From assembly GCF_018977255.1 (NCBI RefSeq), contig NW_024704744.1:310001-374000 (forward strand): 64,000 nt of DNA, written 5' to 3'. The DNA is from Callorhinchus milii (lineage: Eukaryota). The position numbers were made by a program, and so were the translations under genes. Below, piece by piece: positions 51,227-64,000 of this stretch. Numbering within the stretch: position 1 is the stretch's first letter; every line of letters begins with the position of its first letter. Below the pieces are notes generated by a model, which was not told the DNA's origin, searched no databases, and worked only from the letters and a program-made list of their open reading frames with translations.

Positions 51227-51380
51227 AACAGTAAGCAGGAACCCGGTTGTCAGGCGTTGGGCAGATTGTTTTTCCCGGGAAATAATCCCTCGAAAAGATA
51301 TTGGTGACTCAATCTATGATTGTTTGTGGGACATTGCTGTGCGGAATTGGCTGCTGCTTTTCGCCCACAAGATACAGTTA
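50757..51380 (+). mobile_element. Older tRNA-SINE variant split by an insert (~50900-51226) containing an L2 fragment
   Basis: tagctcagtgggtagagc head; acagtaagcagga(g/a)cccgg occurs on both sides of the insert; body resumes at 51227. Confidence 0.6.
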
Positions 51381-54300
51381 ATTTCCACCCCCCCCCACCA
51401 AATCTCTTTCTCTCCCACTCAGCCGCGGGGCAATCCCTAGGTGCAGTGCAGGAGCCGGCAATTGCTACGGATAAGAAGTGCTTGGCTTCCCCTCAGCTCG
51501 GGTACACACTGCAGCCCCCACCCCACCCCACCCCGCACCAACCTCGGGTTCCTGTCGCTGTGATGGGAGGATGTTCACCCGGTGGGAGGGGAGTTGGAAA
51601 TGGTGTCGGGCTGGATACAATCACTTGAGGGGCCAGGTGCGGCCCATGGGCCGCCAGGTGGACCACGCGATTCGAAGTCCCTATGATTGCGATGTGAGAG
51701 GCCAGCGGGAGGGGCGGCGGGGGGGGGGGCGATGGCAGTGGAAGCACTGGGGGATTTGGCGACTGTCACCGCGAGCAGAGGCTCCCAGAGGGACCGCGCT
51801 TCAGCTTCAAACCGGACTCGGCGGCGGCCGGGAACCGGGATCAGAGAAAACCACAAACCACGTCAATGCTCTGCACAGGTGATCCTGAAGCCGTTATACA
51901 ACAACACCCGCGGTGTCGGTGCGGAGTTACCGGGAGTGTTGGCGCTGACAGTCTGCACATCGCTCGTGCACCGAACCAACAATAATATGTTCAACGATCA
52001 CAAACACCTTCGCGGAAAGTCGGCGCCACAGCCCAACAGAATCAGGTTCAGATGTGGACTAAAAGAGGGATCAGTGGACACACCGTCTGGTGACCGAAAG
52101 GGTCCGTTTAAGGCTTTGGGATGAAGTGTCCAAACTTCTCTAAAGGGTCCGCTCCCGGGAGCTGAAATTCCGCAATCCGCTCCTGTCCACGTGGGCGGTT
52201 CCAGTTCAGTAGTTGGGGGTAAAAACCTGTGGATTTGAAGTTTGCCCGAGACACTGATGTGGGAGATTCCCACAATGTTTTGGAACGACTTTGTGCAGTG
52301 GGAGCGCAGTGTCCACACACTACAGCTGTGCAGCTGCTGCGCTGGAGCCACTGCAGCAGGTAACCGCTCACCTGACTGTGCAGAGGACATGGAACATTGT
52401 TGTTGTGGAAAATAGCACAAACTTTGACTACAAACTGAAGCTATTGGCACAAACTAACCCGGACTTCGATCAAAAAATGCTGAAATAACTGAAGAGTCGG
52501 TCCAGAGACCATTGAGATCTGTTCAGTCATTGGAAGATGTAAGTACAGAGGTTGCAACGACGTTAACAGAAATAGCCATTGCTGGTTAAACGTGATCAGA
52601 GAAAACTGGTACTCACATGAACAACCCTCTGGAGGGATTTATTAAAAAAGGGTATAAAAGAATGTTGCAGTTACAAAATGACCGATAAGGTTATGTGTTT
52701 TCTGTTTTTATGTCTCAGTTTTGTTCCATGTATTTTGTCTTTAAATATAAGATAACGACCAGGGAAAGAAAGGAAGGCTGTGCAGCAGAGACTGTGATGA
52801 GCTGAAAGGGAGAGAGAGAGAGAGAACAGGTGAATTGAGAAAAGACACGAATAAGAGAAAGAGATTCAGTGTGAAACTAATAACTGAAAAGACAGACGTT
52901 TAAAAAAAATGATTTAAAATGTCCTTTGGAAAAATTAGCTTCGTGCTGAAAAGCTTTTATTAACAGCGACTGTCATGAAACCCTCCACGTTCCCCACCGT
53001 CTCCCCTCTCTCTCCTCCCTGTACCACTGACTTAAACCTCTCAGAGACGTCGCTGTAGCTGTAGTTTTATTTTTGGCGGGTTATGAGCCTGAGCCGCTTG
53101 ACACACTTGATTTTAAGGCTCTTTTGTATAGTTTGGGAATTTTAATACAGTTGTTTCCAATGATTGAAAGTCCAAGAAAAAAACAGACGATCGAAAACCA
53201 AACGTACATTGATAAAGAATTTTAAAAAGGTAACTCGTTTAAAAGTAATAATCAGAGGTTTTTTTAAACAATTAGTAGAACACAAACAGCAGTCAGATGC
53301 CTTTACAATTTGTATAGCTCCTGGCTGGGAATCAGTTTTTTTTATTCAGTAGTGTGCAAAAAAACACGTAAACTTAACCGTCTCTAAAACTGGTTGACCA
53401 AAAATATTAACTACAAATTTGCTCACATGTGAGCAAAGGCTAATATGGTGTGAGCCAAGAACCCCATCTGCAGACGTTCATAACAAAAATTTTGGCTACA
53501 GAAAATATTTTGACAAACATTCCGATAAACACAATAATCAAAAATTATTCCAAAAAATGGCAATTGGCCAGCCACAGAAATGACAAATTTAGACAAAATT
53601 AAATTGATCAAAAACAAATTGATCTCTAAATTCATATGACCGGCATGAGGAGTTTCCAAGCTCTCGATGGAGTATGTTAAAGACCCTTCGAATGAATATT
53701 TGGGAAAGACCATCAGTCACAGCATGAGTTTGAGCCCACGCTATAGAGTTGGCTGATCAGGGCCGCCCTAACTATTCTTTGAAAAGACCAATCCGAACAG
53801 TCACAATATTTCTGATTACTCCTAAGTTGTTCCCCACAGGACGTTGTGACTAAAGGGTCCATGAGAATACCTGAGCACAAGGTGTTACCCTTTTTAAATT
53901 GTGAAAAGGACATTACTATAGGATTTAGCGTAAGCTGGTAGCAATTAAAGTTTGCACAAATAAGTAAAGAAAGTGAAGGTTGTCTGTATATGTTTATGTA
54001 ATTAATGTGTTAAAAAGAGGACTGTGGTGGGTCTGACTTTGCTTTGGGCGCAGAGTATAAACCAGATCCTACCCACGTTCCATGTGTACTGAATAATAGC
54101 AAAATAAACAATAAACACAGTGAGGGATAGTTAAAGAATCTGCATGGAATTACAAATAAGACCAAATAATTTGGGGCATGTGATGTGAGCGCAAAATGAC
54201 AGGGTAAACATTGATAGATACAAGAGAGAAAAGTACACTAATCAATAATGTCAAATACATTCACATTTTAGATTTCATTGTTATAAATGTTCGTGTCAAT

Positions 54301-55846
54301 TACCTCAATATTACTGGATTTATTCTGATTTTATTTTATGTATCATTTATTTTGTGTATTCCAATATTTAATCAAAATGATGTTTGTACAAATTAAATAT
54401 CGATACATTTATTGGAAATTTTAAATGATATTTTGAAAGAAAAGAAATGTGCCCATAAAAAAGGAACACCCACTGAAGCAATATCTTATTTTTTAATACA
54501 ACTTAAGTACAACCTTATCACTTTACAACTAATTCCATGTGGATTCCGTCTCCTCTCCCTCCCAACACGCCCCAGTTCTGACGAAAGGTCGTGTACCCGA
54601 AACATTGACTAACTTTCCTTTCTCCATAGATGCTGCCTGACCCGCTGAGTGCTCCCGGCCACGTCTGTTTTTGTTTCTTATCACTTTATTTTTGTTTATA
54701 TAATTATTAATAATGATTTATTATAATTGGTGGATTATGTGTCGAATAATTTTTTTAACGTAAAATGTTTTATGAACAATTAAGAATCACAAAAATATTA
54801 GAATAGGTTGGAGATTGAATGTGGTGAAAGAGATGGAGAGGAATGGCACTGATTTTACATTAATTACAATAATAAAAGTGGGTTTACATTTGTAACCTTA
54901 ACCCACTTCAGGGTGGACTGTAAGATTCTGTGATTAATGTGTTAAATAATATCTCAAATTCTATTAGCAATGTTAATATATTTGAGACACATGATTAATC
55001 TCATATGATGGGGCGATGGCTGTGACGAGCTTCTCAGAAGAAACAAAAGACTGTTTATAAACAACAAACTGTTTTCAGTCCTTATCAGTCATTTTCACAT
55101 GAAAAATGTTCTGCAGTTGGAGGGAGAGCCGTGTTGCATTTTTTTACAAAGGAACCATTTTGCAAAAGACAATATGTGAAGGTCACATAATCAATGGTAT
55201 AAATGGAGATCCATTCGGGAGAGAATCGGGAGGAAGAATTGAAGGAGAGGGATTGATTTGGACGTACCATAATAGAATTGGACGTGTCATGATACTTTCG
55301 GGTAATCAAACTGAGAAACGTAAAACAATACTTGGATACCTTTTGATGGACATATATATTTAGATTAAAATGGATACATTAAAATGGGCATTAAATTGGA
55401 CATTGCTCCTCTATCTCTTCCACAGCATTTGGTTAGATCAACTTAAATCGTTGTGAACTATACGTAAGTATTATTGTGATGTATTCTTTTAATTATTTAC
55501 AACTATTACTAATCTAAATTAGTAAACATATTTTGGTACAACATTTGTGTCAGTCCTTACTTAACTGCAGAATCGTGAATTTAAATGAACCCTTACAGGG
55601 TGGCTGAAAGCGCGGTCGAAAAGGAGGGTCTTGAGACACGCCTTGGAGGAGGAAAGGTGAAGGGACTCTGGGATGAAGTTTCAAAGGGTGGGGGTACAAA
55701 GGCTCAAGGCCCGATCGCCGATAGAGGGGAGGGCTAGACGGGGGACATGGAGCACACCAGTGCCCACTGTGCAGAGGGAGCAGACAGGTCTACAGGGAAT
55801 TAGCAGATCATAGAGGTTGTGAATGACATGGAGGGATTTGACGGCG

Positions 55847-58800
55847 AGGACGAGGATTTTGAACTTTATGTTCTGGGGTATGGGGAGCAGTGGAGCAGTG
55901 GAGCAGTGGAGCACGGTGAGGATGGGGGTGATGGGGTGGAAAGGATAGTTGAGGGTCAAACAAGACCCCAAGTTTCTGCTTCGCGACCACATCACTCCCA
56001 TCCTCACCCTCGCTCACCTCCACTGGCTCCCCATCCCCCAGAGGATCGAGATTCAAGATCCTCATCCTCACCTACAAGACCATTCATGGCCTTGCTCCCT
56101 CCTACCTCTCCGACCTACTATCCCCCTACCTACATGCCCGCATCCTCCGTTCCTCTGGTTCCAGTCTACTCCACACTCCCCGCCCCAACCGCCCTACCAT
56201 CGGTGGACGGGCTTTTAGCCTCTCAGCCCCGAGGCTCTGGAACTCCATTCCCCAGTGCCTCCTTTTCCTCCTTCAAGGCAGGTCTCCAGACCTTTCTCTT
56301 TGACCGTACCTTCATCCGCAGACATGGGGTTAACTTCCACATGTTTGCGGATGACACCCAACTCTACCTTTCCTCCTCTACCCTCAACTCCACGACCCCC
56401 GATGTCCTGACAGCTGTCTGTCCGACATCGAGTCCTGGACGAGAGATAACTTTCTCCAGCTCAACGTACGCAAAACTGAGGCCCTCCCGATTGGCTCACG
56501 TCAGCGCCTCCGCACCTCAGGCGCTGACAGCATCAGCATCCAAGGCTGCACTCTCCACCTCTCAAAGCCATCAGGAACCTCAGGGTTCTGTTCGACCCTG
56601 AGCTGTCCTTTCTCCCCCATATCCGCGCCACAACTGGCACCGCCTTCCATCACCTCCGGAACATCGCCAGACTACGGCACTACCTCACCCCTCACGCGGC
56701 TGAAACTCTGGTCCACACCTTTATCACCTCAAGGCTGGACTATGGGAACTCTCTCCTCGCGGCCTTCCCGGCCCTCCCTCCACACTGCAGGTCATTCAGA
56801 ACTCTGCAGCTCGTGTACTGTCCCGCACCAGACACCGCGACCACATCACTCCCACCCTCGCCCTCGCCCTCACCCTCGCCCTCACCCTCGCCCTTGCCCT
56901 CGCCCTCGCCCTCACCCTCGCTCGCCTCCACTGCTCCCCATCCCCCAGAGGATCGAATTCAAAATCCTCATCCTCACCTACAAGGCCATTCACGGCCTCG
57001 CTCCCTCCTACCTCTCCGACCTACTATCCCCCTACCTACCCGCCCGTACCTCTGGCTCCGGTCTCCTCCACATCCCCCGCCCCAACCGCCGTACTATCGG
57101 TGGCCTTCAGCCTCTCAGCCCCGAGGCTCTGGAACTCTATCCTCCAGTGCCTTCGCCGCCTCCTCCCTTTTCTCCTTCAAAGCTGGTCTCAAGACCTTTC
57201 TCTTTGACCGAGCCTTCAGCTCCCCTCTCGACTCTCTACCCCCTTATCGCTCCCTTCCTTCCCTCCCCTCACCCTGACCATTTCCCCCTTGCTCGGATCC
57301 GGACCCAACTGTACAGCGCCTTGGGACGTCCTCCCGACGTGAAAGGCGCTCAATAAATGGAATCTTGTTGTTGTTGTTGTTGTTCAGTTCCCCTCTCGAC
57401 TCTCTACCCCCTCCTCGCCCCCTCCCTTCCCTCCCCTCACCCTGACCATTCCCCCCTTCCTCACTCCCTCCCTTCCATCCCCTCACCCTGACCATTTCCC
57501 CCCCTGCTATGGTCCTGACCCAACTGTCCAGCGCCTTGGGACGTCCTCCCGACGTGAAAGGCGCTCTATAAATGGAATCTTGTTGTTGTTGTTGTTGGAC
57601 CGGCTCAGTGAGGGGGAGTGAGCCCCATGGATGGTGATGTTGTCAATGCCTGAGGTGAGGAGACGCTGACGGGAGCCAATCAGCAGAGCCTCGGTCTTGT
57701 TGACATTCAACTGAGGAAAGTTAGCTCTCATTGAAGTCTGACAGATATTTGTGGAGTCCTGTAGCTCAGTGGTTAGAGCACTCGCTTTGCAAGTGAGAGA
57801 CCTGAGTTCAATCCCCGGCAGGTCAGGGCCAAACCTCGGGCAAGTTTCCTTAGTCCACACAGAGCCTAATAATATTCCCTCCAAAACCAAAAACAATAAT
57901 AAATTGGTCATTTTCAATCTACGACTGTTTGTGGGACATTGCTGTGCGCAATTGGCTGCCGCGTTCGCCCACAAATATACAGTCAATTCACTTTACAGTG
58001 TGTTCTGTGAAGTGCTTTGGGACGTCCTCCCGGCGTGAAAAGCGCTATATGAAATGCAAAGATTATTATTATTATTATTATTATATTGTGTCAGGGCAGC
58101 AGAGCGTCCTGGAGTCAAAGGTGGAGGCAGAGGGAAACCGGGCTCCTGCTTACTGTTAGGTAAACAGAGGAGTGTGGCCTAAGGAAATTTGCCCAACGTT
58201 TTGCCCGGGAATCAAACCCGAGCCCTCTCGGTTGCGAGGCCAGTGCTCTACCCACTGAGCTACAACAGTCGATCTACAAAGCGTAGACGAACCCCACTTC
58301 TGAGCACCTTGTAGATAGGAAACTGAAGGGGAGGCTGCGGTTGGGGGCTGGGAACTACCCCGCCAGCTGCTGTGCCAGCCAGCTCCACCCTCAGGTCATC
58401 AGTCCATATTTGACAGGTGGGGCAGGGCTGAGGGTCCCAGTTTGGCCCTTAGACCAGTGAAAGCCCCAGTGATCTGCGATCCCCTCACCGATGTCTATGG
58501 TGGTAGGAGGGGGCAGCACTGAAGGTTGACCACGGGTGGCAGATTGTCTTGAGCGGCTTCTGGGGGTCAGTGAGGACATGAACATCCAGCTTCAGCTCAG
58601 ACCGAGGCTCTGACAAGATGAGATTTCACTGCAGTAAAAATAAACCCTGTGGCCGGCCTGACCTCACACACAGTAAATGAAACCTCCTCCAGCACAACCC
58701 CTGGTCACTGATGCTCTGTCCTCTCGCTTGTCACACATCAAGCCCTGGACCAGCACCAACTTTCTGCAGCTGAATGTTAAGACAGAATCCTTGGCTCCCA

Positions 58801-59158
58801 TCAATGTCTTCCTCACCAAACCTCACCCTGATCCACACTTTCAGCTCCTCCCACCTCGATTTCTCCAATGCCCTCCTCGCCCGTCTCCCGAGCTCCACCT
58901 CCTTCAAAACTCTACCACACATATTCTGACCTGTACCAAGATGGCGTAAGATGGCGGTGCTCAGGTCCCTCTGTGGACACGGACCATCTCCCGTCTCACA
59001 TTGCCCACTCCTGCAGGAGGGTAGACAGCGACTCCCAGGAACAATCTGCTTGGTGACATTTCTGTGCTTCCTGCCTTATTCAATGACCAACGCTGCCCCT
59101 CTGCTCTCCTCATACTATTGAGGTGTTGCTCTTACTGTTTTCTGCAGTGTTGTTAATG
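55847..59158 (-). repeat. Right arm of inverted duplication, interrupted by L2 pieces (~55977-57596) and a SINE (57753-58083)
   Basis: Colinear reverse-complement match to 49863-51226 on both sides of each insertion. Confidence 0.8.
57753..58083 (+). mobile_element. Full-length SINE inserted into the right arm of the inverted duplication
   Basis: Absent from the left arm; head, body and (ATT)n tail. Confidence 0.9.
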
Positions 59159-59199
59159 TGTCGTTAACTGTCACTAATGTGTTGTTAACTGTCACTAAT

Positions 59200-61320
59200 G
59201 TCAGTAACTGCCCTAAACCTCACTCAGCCAGTCAGTAACCTGGGGATCTTGTCTGTCCCTGAACTGTCCTTTCTCCCCCACATCCGCACCATGACCGGCA
59301 CTGCCTACCACCACCTCCGCAACATTGCCAGTCTCCGCCACTGCCTCACCCCTCAGGCTCCCCCTCACCCACACATTCGTCTCCACCCCGCTTTATTCGA
59401 ACCCCTTCAGTCGGGTATCCGTGCTGCCCATAGCACAGAGACCGCCCTGGTCAAGGTCACCAATGACATCCTGACCATCTGCCACCAGGGCTCCCTCTGC
59501 CTCCTCGTTGTCCTCGACCTATCGGCTGCATTCGATATGGTCGACCACGTTATCCTCCTCCACCGCTTGTCCTCCCACCTCAACCTACAAGGCCCTGTCC
59601 TTGAGTGGTTTAGGTAGTACTACTCCCACCGTCTTCATTTTGTTTCCACAAACGGCTTTTCCTCCACCCCCGCACTGTCTCTTGCGGTGTACCTCAGGGC
59701 TTTGTCCTCCGTCCCTTCCTCTTCACACTCTATGACCGTGCCTTCAGCTCCCCTCTCGACTCTCTACACCCTCCTCGCTCCCTCCCTTCCCTCCCCTCAC
59801 CCTGACCATTTCCCCCCAATGCTCGGGTCCTGACCCAACCGTCCAGCGCCGTGGGACGTCCTCCCGACGTGAAAGGCGCTCAATAAATGGAATCTTGTTG
59901 TTGTATATGCTCCCCCTGTGGTGACATCATCCGCAGACATGGGGTTAACTTCCACATGTATGCGGATGACACCCAACTCTACCTTTCCTCCTCTACCCTC
60001 AACTCCACGACCCCCGATGTCCTGACAGCTGTCTGTCCGACATCGAGTCCTGGACGAGAGACAACTTTCTTCAGCTCAACGTGTGCAAAACTGAGGCCCT
60101 CCTGATTGGCTCACGTCAGCGCCTCCGCACCTCAGGCGCCGACACCATCAGCATCCAAGGCCGCACTCTCCATCTCTCAAGGCCATCAGGAACCTCGGTA
60201 TTCTGTTCGACCCTGAGCTGTCCTTTCTCCCCCATATCCGCGTCACAACTGGCACCGCCTTCCATCACCTCCGGAACATCGCCAGACTACGGCACTCCCT
60301 CACCCCTCACGCGGCTGAAACTCTGGTCCACGTCTTTATCACCTCAAGGCCGGACTATGGGAACTCTCTCCTCGCCGGCCTTCCCGGCCCTCCCTCCACA
60401 CTGCAGGTCATCCAGAACTCTGCAGCTCGTGTACTGTCCCGCACCAGACACCGCGCCCACATCACTCCCACCCTCACCCTCGCCCTCACCCTCACTCCCA
60501 CCCTCGCCCTCACCCTCGCCCTCACTCACCTCCACTGGCTCCCCATCCCCCAGAGGAACGAATTCAAGAGCCTCATCCTCATCATTCACGGCCTTGCTCC
60601 CTCCTACCTCTCCGACCTACTATACCCCTACCTACCTGTCCATGCCCTCCATTCCTCTGGCTCCGGTCGGCCCCCCATCCCCCGCCCCAACCGCCCTACC
60701 ATCGGTGGCCTTCAGCCTCTCAGCCCCGAGGCTCTGGAACTCTATCCCCAGTGCCTTCTCCGCTTCCTCCCTTTCCTCCTTCAAGGCCGGTCTCAAGACC
60801 TTTTTCTTTAACCGTGCCTTCAGCTCCGTCTCGACTCTCTACGCCCTCCTCGCTCCCTCCCTTCCCTCCCCTCCCCCTGACCATTTCCCCCCAATGCTCG
60901 GGTCCTGACCCAACTGTACAGCGCTTTGGGACGTCCTCCCGACATGAAAGGCGCTCTATAATGAAATCTTGTTGTTGTTGTCACATCAGGGCTCGATTAC
61001 GGGAATTCCCTCCTCATCGGCCTTCCCAATTCTTCCTTTCACAAGCTGCAGATCATCCAAAACTCTGCAGCTCGTGTACTCTCGCGCACGAGGCGCTGTC
61101 ACCCCATCACCCCCACCCTCGCCCGACCTCATCACTCCCACCCTCGCCCGACCCCATCACTCCCACCCTCGCCCGACTCCACTGGCTTCCCATCCCCCAG
61201 AAGATCGAGTTCAAGATCCTCGTCCTCACTTTCAAGGCCATCCATGGCCTCGCCCCCTCCTACCTCTCTCCCACCAACCTGCCCGCTCCCTCCGTTTGTC
61301 AGGCTCCGGCCTGCTCCATG
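59200..61320 (+). mobile_element. Tandem mosaic of L2 RT/3' fragments
   Basis: [28 protein letters not shown] and repeated tails. Confidence 0.8.
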
Positions 61321-64000
61321 GCTCCCACTGAACCCTCCTTCTGAGCCCTCCCACAGGAGCCTTCCCACAGAGCCCTCCCACAGCAACCCTCCCAAAGGAG
61401 CCCTCCCACAGGAGCCCTCCCACTAGAGACCTCCCACTAAGCCCTCCCACTAGAGCCCTCCCACAGAAGCCCTCCTACTGAGCCCTCCCATAGCAGCTCT
61501 GCCACCGGAGCCCTCCCACGGAGCCCTCCCACTGAGCCCTCCCATAGGAGCCCTCCCACAGGAGCCTTCCCACTGAGCCCTCCCATAGCAGCCCTGCCAC
61601 CGGAGCCCTCACACTGAGCCTTTCCACTGAGGTCTCCCACAGGAGCACTCCCAAAGCAGCCCTCCCACTGGAGCCCTGCCACAGCAGCCCTCCCACTGGA
61701 GCCCTCCCAAAGGAGCCCTCCTACAGCAGCCGTCCCACTGAGCCCTCCCACAGGAGCCCTCCCACAGAAGCCCTCTCACAGGAGGCCTCCCACAGGAGCC
61801 CTGCCACAGGAGCCTTCACACTCAGCCCTCCCAAAGGAGCCCTCCCACTGAGCCCTCCCACAGGAGCCCTCCCACAGGAACCCTCACACTGAGTCCTCCC
61901 ACAGGAGCACTCCCACTGAGCCCTCCCACAGGAGCCCTCCCACAAGAGCCCTCCTACAGGAGCCCTGCCACAGCAGCCCTCCCACAGGAGCCCTCCCACT
62001 GAGCCCTCCCACAGGAGCCCTGCCACTAAGCCCACACACAGGAACCCTCCCACAGGAGCCCTGCCACTGAGCCCTCCCACAGGAGCCCTCCCACTAAGCT
62101 CTCCCACTAAGCTCTCCCACAGCAGCTATCCCACAAGAGCCCTCCCACTAAGGCCTTCCACAGGCGCCTTCCCACTGAGCCTGAGCCCTCTCACAGGAGC
62201 CTTCCCACTGAGCCCTCCCACAGGAGCGCTCCCACAGGGGCCCTCCCACAGCAGCCCTCCCATAGGAGCCCTCCCACTGGATCCCTGCCACAGCAGCCCT
62301 CCCAAAGGAGCCCTCCCAAAGGAGCCCTCCCACAGCAGCCGTCCGACTGAGCCCTCCCACTAAGCCCTCCCACAGGAGCTTGTCACAGGAGCCCTCCCAC
62401 TAAGCCCTCATACTAAGCTCTCCCACAGCAGCCATCCCACAAGAGCCCTCCCACATTTGCCCTCCCGCAGGAGACCTTCCACTAAGCCCTCCCACAGGAG
62501 CCCTTCCACAGGAGCCCTCCCACTAAGCCCTCCCACAGGAGCTTGTCACAGGAGCCCTCCCACAGGAGGCCTCCAACGGAGTCCTCACACTGCACCCTAC
62601 AACAGGTTCTCTCCCACTGAGCCCTCCCACCGGAGCCCTATCACTGAGCCCTCCCTCACTAGCCATCCCACAAGAGCCCTCCCACATTTGCCCTCCCGCA
62701 GGAGACCTTCCACTAAGCCCTCCCACAGGAGCCCTCCCACAGAAGCCCTCCACTGAGCCCTTCCACAGGAGCCCTCCCACAGCAGCCCTCCCACTGGATC
62801 CCTGCCACAGCAGCCCTCCCAAAGGAGCCCTCCCATAGCAGCCGTCCAACTGAGCCCTCCCACAGGAGCCCTTTCATAGGAGTCCTCCCACTAAGCACTC
62901 CCACTAAGCTCTACCACAGCAGCCATCCCACAAGAGACCTCCCACTAAGGCCTTCCACAGGCGCCCTCCAACTGAGCCCAAGCCCTCTCACAGGAGCTTT
63001 CCCACTGAGCCCTCCCACAGGAGCGCTCCCACAGGAGCCTTCCTAATAAGCCCTCCCACAGGAGCCCTCCCAAAGGAGCCCTCCCCTAGCAGCCCTCCCA
63101 CAGCAGCCCTCCCACTGAAGCCCTCCCACATGAGCCCTCCAACAGGAGCACTCCAACAGCAGCCCTCCCACTGGAGCCCTGCCACAGCAGCCCTCCCAAA
63201 GGAGCCCTCCCACAGCAGCCGTCCCACTGAGCCCTCCCACAGGAGCCCTCCCACAGAAACCCTCCCACAGGAGGCCTCCCATAGGAGCCCTGCCACAGGA
63301 GCCTTCACACTCAGCCCTCCTAAAGAAGCCCTCCCACTGAGCCCTCCCACAGGAACTCTCACACTGAGGCCTCCTACAGGAGCCCTCCCAATGAGCCCTC
63401 CCATAGGAGCCCTCCCACAAGAGCCCTCCTACAGAAAGCCCTCCCACTGAGCCCTTCCACAGGAGCCCTCCCACAGCAGCCCTCCCACTGAAGCCCTCCC
63501 ACATGAGCCCTCCAACAGGAGCACTCCAACAGCAGCCCTCCCACTGGAGCCCTGCCACAGCAGCCCTCCCACAGGAGCTCTCCCATAGGAACCCTCACAC
63601 TGAGTCCTCCCACATGAGCCCTCCCACTGAGTCCTCCCACAGGAGCCCTCCCACAAGAGCCCTCCCACAGTAGCTTTCCCACTTAGCCCTCCATAAGGAG
63701 CCCTCCCACAGGAGCCTTCCCACAGGAGCCCTCCCACAGGAGCCCTCCCACTGAGCCCTCCCACAGGAGACCTTCCACTAAGCCCTCCCACAGGAGCCCT
63801 CCCACAGAAGCCCTCCCACTGAGCCCTTCCACAGGAGCCCTCCCACAGGAGCCCTCCCACTAAGCCCTCCCACAGGAGCTTGTCACAGGAGCCCTCCCAC
63901 TAAGCCCTCCCACTAAGCTCTCCCACAGCAGCCATCCCACAAGAGGCCACCCACTAAGCCCTTCCATAGGATACCTCCCACAGGAGCACTCCCACAGCAG
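61320..64000. repeat. Same 13/14-bp satellite, running off the window end
   Basis: Direct inspection. Confidence 0.92.

Noticed and set aside
54115-54142. RSS at CACAGTG
   Set aside because: No nonamer at 12 or 23 bp and no adjacent V/J. Other CACAGTG hits I noticed lie in repeats.
49863-59158. Polinton/Maverick or foldback transposon with long TIRs
   Set aside because: The arms are made of SINE/L2 debris, and no integrase, polymerase or capsid ORF is visible in the spacer.

Overview
Repeat-dense vertebrate genomic DNA. The L2/CR1 LINEs and tRNA-derived SINEs with L2-type tails point to a cartilaginous fish; this is inferred from the repeat content only. There is a 25-N assembly gap at 17174-17198. 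The window holds a small tandem family of non-rearranging, antigen-receptor-like Ig-superfamily genes on the + strand. Gene B (31007-~48760) can be built entirely from canonical splice sites: leader exon, three germline-joined V-J exons (each a complete V-set domain ending in a J-like [F/C]GxG strand, with no RSS and no C domain), a short Ser/Thr/Pro-rich stalk exon, and a terminal exon with a short hydrophobic segment and AATAAA. Gene A (3' end only: stalk exon 5937-6009, hydrophobic-tail exon 12061-12136) is a paralog whose V exon(s) must lie upstream of the window. V1 and V2 of gene B come from a recent 4-5 kb tandem duplication, and almost all their differences are amino-acid changing. A 1-nt frameshift at a GGG run sits between the gene B stalk and its anchor exon. 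The rest of the window is L2 and CR1 fragments, SINEs, a decayed Helitron, several minisatellite arrays, and an inverted duplication flanking an unexplained 4.6 kb island. Sequence comparisons were done by eye, and repeat boundaries are approximate.
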